In this document: in pieces, positions 25,708 through 32,000 of the stretch
Layout: the number at the start of each line of letters is the position of its first letter
How positions within the stretch are numbered: the first letter of the stretch is position 1
NCBI RefSeq assembly: GCF_000515255.1
Contig: NZ_KI911559.1
Coordinates: forward strand, 2,211,660 to 2,243,659
Direction of reading: 5' to 3'
From: Rhodovibrio salinarum DSM 9154
GTDB lineage: Bacteria; Pseudomonadota; Alphaproteobacteria; Kiloniellales; Rhodovibrionaceae
DNA: 32,000 nucleotides
Notes under the pieces: model-generated
The model's database searches: none
What the model saw: the letters and a program-made list of their open reading frames with translations, nothing else
Told to the model about the DNA's origin: nothing
Made by a program: the position numbers and the translations under genes

Positions 25708-27294
25708 ATGACAACACCGACGCACCACGGACAGAAAACCCGGATTCCGATGACGGGCGCCGAGGCGAGCAACGGCACGGACACGCTGTTCGGCAAGCTG
25801 CCGGACCGGTTGTTTCAGCTCTTCGCGGGGCGCAACCGCCACTTCTTCGCCGACCTGCTGGAGTTCCTCGACGACGAGGTGTTCGGCTACGCCGGCGAGG
25901 TCATCCGCAAGACCGACGTGCTCGCTAGCATCGGCGAATTCATCGCCCGGTCGTACCGGGACATCGACCTCTCCGACGAGCCCGTCGAGAGTGACCCCTC
26001 CGCCCGCGAGCGCCGCGACGCGGACCAGAACCGCTACCGGGCGTTCGCCCGCCTGGTGGAGACCGGCTGGCTCACTGTCCACCGCGACCGCTACCGGCCG
26101 ATCGTCGATTTCGACCCGGACGCACGGCTGCTCCTGCAGACGCTTCTGGACATCAAGAACGAGCGCGTCCGGTCGTACGGCGGCGAGGTCGTCAAGGTGA
26201 AAGCGCTGCTCGACAGCGCGATGGCGGACCCGCACACGCAGTCGGAGAACGTGCGCAATGCCGCGCGGTCGGCGCGCGGCTTCATGAACCACCTACGCAC
26301 GGTTACCGGGCGGATGCGGAAGATCGAGGACGCACTGATCCGCCAGACCAACGTGCGCGACCTCTTCGGCGTGTATTTCCAGCAGCACGTCACCGAACAC
26401 GTCATCGCCGACTACAAGCGCTTGAACACGCGCGAGAACCCCTTCCGGTTCCGGATGCAGATCCTGGATACCGTCCAGGACGTCGTGGGCGATCCGGTGT
26501 ACCTGACCCCGTGGGCCGAGGCCTATGCCCGCGAGGGGCGGGCGCGCGACACCGAGGAGGGCGAGGCGCACGTCGTCCAGGACCTGCAGGACATCGTACG
26601 GGTGTTCGAGGCACTAGACGACAATATGCAAATCATCCAGGACACCCAGGCGCGCATCGAGCGGCGGATACGCAACGCCATCCAGTTCCGTGATCGCATA
26701 GAAGACGCGCGCACGGGCAACGTCTTGGCCAGCATGAAGGCGCTGGCACAGGCTGAACTGCCCGACGACGCCCTGGTCCGCGTCCGGCACGGCTTCCTGC
26801 ACACTGAGCTGCCCGTCGGGCCCGAGCATTTGTACCAGCAGGCCCGCAAGCACGGGCCGGCGGAACGCGACGCCATCCGCGACCCGGAGCCGGATCCCGC
26901 GGAGGACGCCTACGAGCAGGCCCTCGAGCTGTTCCAGGCGCGGGCGCAGGTGACCAGCGAGAAGCTCGCCGCCTACGCCGAGGCGGCTCTGGGAGAACGC
27001 GACTGGGTGCGCGGTTCGGAGTTGAGCCCGGTCGGCCTCGACGACTTCTTTGCGTTCGAGCGCCTGAGCGAGATCAACGTCGCCTTCGACGGGCTATTCG
27101 CCGAGCACTACGAGGTCGAGTTCACCGGCGAGCGCGCCCAGAACGTCTGGTTGACGTTCCCCGATTTCATCCTGCGCCGCCGGCGGGTCTACGAACATGC
27201 CACCCCGCCGGCCGGAACGGATCACGTGTCGGCGGTGACGACGCGACCCCCATCTCCTGTCGCGTCCGAGGGAGACCACCAAAGATGGAACTGA
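25708..27294 (+). CDS. jetA: Wadjet/Mks kleisin-like subunit (JetA/MksF position)
   Basis: A ~528-aa helical protein that is the first gene of a four-gene operon. Its stop overlaps the next gene by 10 nt. Size and position fit JetA, and the N-terminal segment LFQLFAGRNRHFFADLLEFLDDEVFG loosely resembles it. The start could be the ATG at 25708 or at 25750. The 25621 start was rejected. Confidence 0.6.
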   Translation: MTTPTHHGQKTRIPMTGAEASNGTDTLFGKLPDRLFQLFAGRNRHFFADLLEFLDDEVFGYAGEVIRKTDVLASIGEFIARSYRDIDLSDEPVESDPSARERRDADQNRYRAFARLVETGWLTVHRDRYRPIVDFDPDARLLLQTLLDIKNERVRSYGGEVVKVKALLDSAMADPHTQSENVRNAARSARGFMNHLRTVTGRMRKIEDALIRQTNVRDLFGVYFQQHVTEHVIADYKRLNTRENPFRFRMQILDTVQDVVGDPVYLTPWAEAYAREGRARDTEEGEAHVVQDLQDIVRVFEALDDNMQIIQDTQARIERRIRNAIQFRDRIEDARTGNVLASMKALAQAELPDDALVRVRHGFLHTELPVGPEHLYQQARKHGPAERDAIRDPEPDPAEDAYEQALELFQARAQVTSEKLAAYAEAALGERDWVRGSELSPVGLDDFFAFERLSEINVAFDGLFAEHYEVEFTGERAQNVWLTFPDFILRRRRVYEHATPPAGTDHVSAVTTRPPSPVASEGDHQRWN

Positions 27295-28166
27295 CCGAGC
27301 TCCGCAACCTCCTCGACGATCCCAAGAATCGCGGCCGCCACGCGACCGGCGAAGACGACATCCGGCAGGCGCTGCAGGCGCTGATGATGCACCAGGTCGT
27401 CTACCGCGATTGGCCGCTTTCCGGCGGCCCGTTCAACACGGTGCACCGCCACCGCAGCTTCTTCGACCGGTATGTCTCGGCGATGGGCGCAGAGCTCGTG
27501 TTCGAGCACCGCTTGGGCATGATCGCCATGCGGCCGGCGACGACGCAGTATGGCTGGAAGCAGACTCGACTGAAGAAGGACGAGACGCTGGTGCTGCTCG
27601 CGCTCCGGTACCTCTACGACGAGGGCATGGCGAACAGCCAGATGACCGAGGACGGGCGGATCGAGACCACGACCGACCATGTTCACGACCTCATCAGCAC
27701 CGGGGTCGGCGAAACGCCGCCAGACGAGAGCCGGCTGATGGAGATCCTGCACGGCTTCCATCGCAAAGGGCTCGTGCGCCTGGGCAAGCGCGACAGCGTC
27801 GAACGGCTCACACCGCTCACCGTGCTGCCCGGCGTGCGGGTCATCGTGTCCGACGTCTATGTGCAGGCCGTGGCGGACTGGATCGACCAGGGTGCGCCCG
27901 AAGACACCGACGGCTTCTTCCAGCACGTAACCCGGCGTGTGGCCGGCAACCAAACGGGCGACGACGAGACGGGCGACGATGAGACGGGCGGCGACGGCGC
28001 AGCGGACGCCGAAGCCGAGGCGGACGCCGGCACGGCACCGGTCTGCGACGACACCGCGACCGGGCCAGACGAGACCGCGGATCCGGCGGTGGAGCCCGGC
28101 ACCGACACCGCGCCGTCGGTCGACGCCGACGCGTCCGGCCAGCAAACTGGGCAAGCCCCGAACTGA
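27285..28166 (+). CDS. jetB: Wadjet/Mks small subunit (JetB/MksE-like, DUF4194-like) with acidic C-terminal tail
   Basis: The ~210-aa core (…LVLLALRYLYDEG…ILHGFHRKGLVRLGKRD…LTVLPGVRVIV…) has the layout expected of DUF4194/MksE. It is followed by a ~75-aa Asp/Glu/Thr/Ala/Gly-rich tail. A GGAGA lies 9 nt before the ATG. Confidence 0.62.
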   Translation: MELTELRNLLDDPKNRGRHATGEDDIRQALQALMMHQVVYRDWPLSGGPFNTVHRHRSFFDRYVSAMGAELVFEHRLGMIAMRPATTQYGWKQTRLKKDETLVLLALRYLYDEGMANSQMTEDGRIETTTDHVHDLISTGVGETPPDESRLMEILHGFHRKGLVRLGKRDSVERLTPLTVLPGVRVIVSDVYVQAVADWIDQGAPEDTDGFFQHVTRRVAGNQTGDDETGDDETGGDGAADAEAEADAGTAPVCDDTATGPDETADPAVEPGTDTAPSVDADASGQQTGQAPN

Positions 28167-28178
28167 CGCGAGGCGTAC

Positions 28179-31100
28179 ATGCACAAGCTCGAGCGCATCT
28201 CCCTGCACAACTGGAGCATGATCGACGCCGAGGACATCGAGATCGACGGCGCGACCTGTTTCATCGGGCCGACCGGGGCGGGCAAGTCTTCCATCGTCGA
28301 CGCCATCCAGACGGTCATCACGGGCAACAACCAGCGCCGGCTCAAACTGAACGCCGCCGTCGAGGGGCGCGACCGGCGCAACGTCCGGGACTACTGCCTG
28401 GGGATGATCGACGACCTGCCGCGGAACCTCGCGCACAAGGACAACCCGGACGGCCTCCGGGCGCACTGCGAGAGCACGCTGGTCCTGACGTTCCGGGACA
28501 CGGAGACGGCCGTGCCGACGGCCGTCGGCCTGATGCTCCGCGCCAACATCGACGACCGCGACGCACGCGAGACGGCGCGCTTCATCGCCGACGGCCTCAG
28601 TTTCCGGCTGAGCGACTACATCACCGAGGGCGAAGACGGTCGGCAGAGGGTTCTCGCCCACAGCGAGACCCTCGACCGGATGGGACGGGGGCGCAACGTC
28701 TACCTGACAACCCACAACACCTCGGCGATCCGCTTCGTCGAGGAGTACCTGCGCACCATGCGCCGGCGCGGCGCCCAGCCGGACCCGGACCAGTTCCTCA
28801 CAGCGTTCAGGAACATGGTGGCTTTCGAACCCGTGGACGATGCCACCAAGTTCGTGCGCCGCTACGTGCTGCCGTACGAGCGCCTCGACGTCGAGCACAT
28901 CCGCAACACGATCGAGCACTGGCGCGGACTCAACCAGCTGGTCGACAACCTCGAGGCGGAGATCGGCGAGCTACACCAGCTGCAGAAGCGCTACAACGCC
29001 TGGGGCGAGGCGACCGTCGAGCAGAACACCCAGGCCTTCTTGGCCGCCCACGCTGAGCGACGCCGGCTGGACGAGGACCTGGCCGCCAAGGATGCCGCCT
29101 ACCGGGAAACGGAGGAGAAGCTGCGCGCCGAGGAGCAGGCGCAGAGCAACCACGAGGCAGCGATCCAGCGCGCCCAGGATGAGCTCGACCAACAGCGGAC
29201 CTACCAGTCCAACAGCCCCGAGGCCGCCAAGCGGAAGAGCGCGGAGGACCGGATCGACCGGGCCCGGCGGGATATCGGCGACGTCCAGGGCCGGATCGCC
29301 CGGCGCGCCCAGGACGTCGGCCGCATCGCGAACCTGGAGCAGCTCAAGGACTACCTGGCGCAGCGCTATGTGCCCGCGATCGAGGCGGCGCGCGCGGTGG
29401 CCAAGGCGGCCACGGGCTCCGACGGGCCGGACGGAACGGAAGTCGACCGGCTCGAACGCCAGGCCTTGGACGTGCTGAACGCCTACGACCCGCTCGACCG
29501 TCAGCGGGAGGCTACAGAGCGCGATCTCGCCGAGGCGAAGCGCGAGCAGGAGACACTGCAGGCCCAGATCGACAGTGCCGGCGGGCAGGCCTTCCTGACC
29601 CCGGAAGTCGCCGAGTTCCGGCGAACGCTCGAGGATCATGGCATCACGGTGACACCGCTGCCCGACATCTGCGAGATCACCGACGAGACCTGGGCGCAAG
29701 CCGCCGAACAGATCCTGGGCCCGCACCGGGAAGCGCTGATTGTCGAGGACGGCCGGACCCGCGAGGCGTTCGACATCCTGTACCGGAACCGCGGGCGGTT
29801 CCACACCTGCCGGTTGGTCGCCGCCGAGCGCCTCCGGCGCAACCCGCCGCGCGTGCGCGACGGCGCCGTGGCCGAGGTCGTGACGACCGACCACGACATC
29901 GCCCGGGCGTTCATCGACCAGCACCTCGGCAACGTCATCCGGGTGACGCACGAGGCAGAGCTGGAACGCCACGAGCGCGCCATCATGCCCAATGGCAAGA
30001 TGCAGGGCGGCGCGGCGCTCCGGGTCTACAAGGATCTTCAGCCCATCCTGGGCAAGACCGCCCAGGAGAACGCCTTGCGGGCGGCGCGGGAGCGCGTGGA
30101 CACGTTGTCGGGCCGGATCTACACGCTCCGTCGCACCCAGAAGCTGCTCAAGAGCGGTATCAACACCCTCACCCGCCTGGCGGACGATCCGGAGAATCCC
30201 GGCGCAGGCGCGGCACCTCAGCTGGCGGATCTACTGCGCGAGCTGGATACGGCAGAGGGCGAGCTGAGTTCCGCCCAGACCGCCTATGACAACGTCGACG
30301 ACCCCGAGCTCCGCCGTATCGGCGAGGAGATCAAGCGTCTTCAGAAGGAGATCAAGGCCTACCAGGCCGAGCTGGAGGAGACGGTCAAGCCCAACATCAA
30401 GGGCTACTACAAGACCCTCAACCAGCTGTCGAGCGAACGCGGCCGCTTCGAGGAACAGCGCAGCAAGCGGCTCGAACAGGAGCAGACAGCCGAGGCCAAG
30501 GAGAGCGAGCTGGCGAAACTGATCCATCAGCTCGAGGCGCCGGAGACGATTGCGCAGGCGCGCCAGCTGCTGGAAACGCGGCTGTTCCACCACCCGGGTC
30601 AGGAGCGGGCGACGCTCGCCACTGTCCGGGACGAGGCCGACCGGCAGGCCGACGACGCGCGCACCCGGATCAAGCAACGCCGCGACCGTGCGGACCGGGA
30701 TTTCCGGAAGTATTACGAGACATACCGCGGCAACAACCCGCTGGAGACGGACTACGACGATCCCGTCGAACGGCTCGTCTGGATCATCCGGGAGGCCCAC
30801 AAGCTGGAGCGCGACGAGCTCAACCCTTACCGGGAGCAGGTGCGCGAGGCGCGTGCGGAGATCGAGCGCGCCCTACGCGAAGACCTACTGACCAAGCTGG
30901 CGGACAAGTTCCAGAAGGTGGAGAGCCAGAAAAACGTCCTGAACCGGCGCCTGCGCAAGCGGACGTTCAACGGCATGACCTACTGGTTCAGCCACGCCAC
31001 CGACCCGAACCTCTCCAAGCTGTACCATATCGCCAAGCGCATCGCGGAACAGCCCGACCGCGGGGCGAGCATCGTCGACAACACCGAGCACGACCCTGAA

Positions 31101-31742
31101 ATCGCCGAGGCTATGGAGCAGGTCGAGGCAATCCTCAGCCGGGACGAGGACACCTCGTACCTGGAGGACTACCGCAACTACTTCACCTTCGAGCTCTGGA
31201 TGCAGCCCGAGCACGGCGGCGATCCGATCCCGTGGAGCAAGCGCAGCCAGACCGCCTCGGGCGGTCAGCGGCAGGCGCCTTTCTACGTCGCCATCGCGGC
31301 CTCCATGGCGGCGGCATACTACCCGCACAGCCGCCAGGACCGCCCCGAGGGCATGGGGCTCGTGCTGTTCGACGAGGCGTTCAACCGCTTGGACGTGCCC
31401 ACGACGCAGAAACTGATGAGCTTCTTCGAGAGCCTGAGCCTGCAGGTCCTCGCCGCCGCGCCCGAAGCCCAGCGGCCGACCTTCTTGGAGGTTGCCGATA
31501 CACTGGTCTCCGTGAACAAGCGGCCGAACACCGCGCAGATGCGCATCCAGTCGAAAGGGGTGCAGCAGCACGCGCGCGACAGCATCGCGCGGGCCAACCC
31601 GCAGCATCTCGGTGTCGAGGGCTTCCGTCAGCCACAGGATGGCGCCACGCAGGCCTCGACCGACGACGCCCGGGTGGATGAGGCCGGCGAGCCGGCCGGA
31701 ACAGCCGATCGGGCCGCGCCCCAGGACACCGCCGCGGAGTAG
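28179..31742 (+). CDS. jetC: SMC-like ABC ATPase (JetC/MksB-like)
   Basis: A 1187-aa protein. The N-terminal head carries Walker A in FIGPTGAGKSSIVDAIQ, followed by RNVRDYCLG. A ~700-aa Glu/Arg/Gln/Leu-rich coiled-coil middle follows. The C-terminal head carries the signature-like SGGQRQAPFYVAIAASM and Walker B/D-loop LVLFDEAFNRLD. Confidence 0.85.
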   Translation: MHKLERISLHNWSMIDAEDIEIDGATCFIGPTGAGKSSIVDAIQTVITGNNQRRLKLNAAVEGRDRRNVRDYCLGMIDDLPRNLAHKDNPDGLRAHCESTLVLTFRDTETAVPTAVGLMLRANIDDRDARETARFIADGLSFRLSDYITEGEDGRQRVLAHSETLDRMGRGRNVYLTTHNTSAIRFVEEYLRTMRRRGAQPDPDQFLTAFRNMVAFEPVDDATKFVRRYVLPYERLDVEHIRNTIEHWRGLNQLVDNLEAEIGELHQLQKRYNAWGEATVEQNTQAFLAAHAERRRLDEDLAAKDAAYRETEEKLRAEEQAQSNHEAAIQRAQDELDQQRTYQSNSPEAAKRKSAEDRIDRARRDIGDVQGRIARRAQDVGRIANLEQLKDYLAQRYVPAIEAARAVAKAATGSDGPDGTEVDRLERQALDVLNAYDPLDRQREATERDLAEAKREQETLQAQIDSAGGQAFLTPEVAEFRRTLEDHGITVTPLPDICEITDETWAQAAEQILGPHREALIVEDGRTREAFDILYRNRGRFHTCRLVAAERLRRNPPRVRDGAVAEVVTTDHDIARAFIDQHLGNVIRVTHEAELERHERAIMPNGKMQGGAALRVYKDLQPILGKTAQENALRAARERVDTLSGRIYTLRRTQKLLKSGINTLTRLADDPENPGAGAAPQLADLLRELDTAEGELSSAQTAYDNVDDPELRRIGEEIKRLQKEIKAYQAELEETVKPNIKGYYKTLNQLSSERGRFEEQRSKRLEQEQTAEAKESELAKLIHQLEAPETIAQARQLLETRLFHHPGQERATLATVRDEADRQADDARTRIKQRRDRADRDFRKYYETYRGNNPLETDYDDPVERLVWIIREAHKLERDELNPYREQVREARAEIERALREDLLTKLADKFQKVESQKNVLNRRLRKRTFNGMTYWFSHATDPNLSKLYHIAKRIAEQPDRGASIVDNTEHDPEIAEAMEQVEAILSRDEDTSYLEDYRNYFTFELWMQPEHGGDPIPWSKRSQTASGGQRQAPFYVAIAASMAAAYYPHSRQDRPEGMGLVLFDEAFNRLDVPTTQKLMSFFESLSLQVLAAAPEAQRPTFLEVADTLVSVNKRPNTAQMRIQSKGVQQHARDSIARANPQHLGVEGFRQPQDGATQASTDDARVDEAGEPAGTADRAAPQDTAAE

Positions 31743-31744
31743 TC

Positions 31745-32000
31745 ATGTCCGCCAAGGCCGCCCGCGAAACCCTGAACAAGCTGGTCGACCTCGCGGAACG
31801 CAAGGCTCCGGAGGCGCGCACGCGCGCCATCCAGCAGCGCCTGCCCGAACGCTTCGAGAGCGCGGATGCCCGCGAGGCATTCGAGAGCCTGATGCGCCAG
31901 GCGCACGACCTCGGCGCGGTGACCGTGACCCGTCGCAAAGGCGAAGCCGCGCACTTGCTCGACCGCGTCTACCTGCGCGATCTCGACCGGCTCTACGCGC
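31745..32000 (+). CDS. Partial CDS, fourth gene of the SMC-like operon (JetD/MksG position)
   Basis: The ATG at 31745 lies 6 nt after GGAG and 2 nt after the jetC stop. The frame is open with high GC3 to the window edge (MSAKAARETLNKLVDLAERKAPEARTRAIQQ…). The assignment rests on position only, and no Toprim motif is visible yet. Confidence 0.4.
   Translation, partial: MSAKAARETLNKLVDLAERKAPEARTRAIQQRLPERFESADAREAFESLMRQAHDLGAVTVTRRKGEAAHLLDRVYLRDLDRLYA

Larger units (their letters stand above)
6866..32000 (+). mobile_element. Integrative genomic (defence) island inserted at tRNA-Gln; right boundary outside the window
   Basis: An integrase lies immediately downstream of the tRNA 3' end. Gene content switches abruptly from housekeeping to defence genes. 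IS debris and local low-GC patches lie inside. No second copy of the tRNA 3' end was found by eye within the window. Confidence 0.6.

Noticed and set aside
27222-31607. Long minus-strand ORFs (565, 333, 189 and 240 aa) under the SMC-like operon
   Set aside because: All are antisense to genes with clear motifs (Walker A/B, coiled coil). Their compositions are the usual high-GC mirror-frame artefacts.
1-32000. CRISPR arrays, rRNA genes, retron-like ncRNA and a second copy of the tRNA-Gln 3' end (attR)
   Set aside because: None was detected on visual scanning of the intergenic regions (2521-2734, 6691-7048, 9068-9429, 22304-22414, 24218-25707). A computational repeat search would be needed to be definitive.

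Overview
High-GC, alphaproteobacterium-like chromosomal segment. The left ~6.8 kb is ordinary core genome: a partial small membrane ORF, moaB, an Slt-type lytic transglycosylase, a family-4 uracil-DNA glycosylase, a TPR lipoprotein and ispE. It ends at tRNA-Gln(UUG). A tyrosine integrase directly after the tRNA opens an integrated island that fills the rest of the window and consists almost entirely of anti-mobile-element defence modules. (1) A complete six-gene type 1 BREX operon, brxA-brxB-brxC-pglX-pglZ-brxL, at 9430-22303. (2) A convergent DUF262/DUF1524 GmrSD (BrxU-like) type IV restriction gene. (3) A ~1.2 kb decayed junction holding a twice-frameshifted XRE-like regulator, a low-GC orphan coding fragment and the C-terminal stub of an IS transposase. 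(4) A 60-codon zinc-ribbon ORF followed by a four-gene SMC/condensin-like operon with Wadjet (JetABCD/MksBEFG-like) architecture that runs off the right edge. Four observations go beyond plain annotation. First, a sharply bounded ~1 kb low-GC block (about 32-37% GC against about 70% in the flanks) sits inside pglX and covers catalytic motif IV and the presumed specificity region. Second, the GmrSD-like gene encodes its conserved N-terminal motif upstream of any ATG/GTG/TTG, with only an ATT behind a strong Shine-Dalgarno sequence. Third, the zinc-ribbon ORF sits at the head of the Wadjet-like operon. Fourth, the JetB-like subunit carries a long acidic repeat tail. No CRISPR array or rRNA was seen. 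All family calls come from motif recognition by eye, not from database searches.
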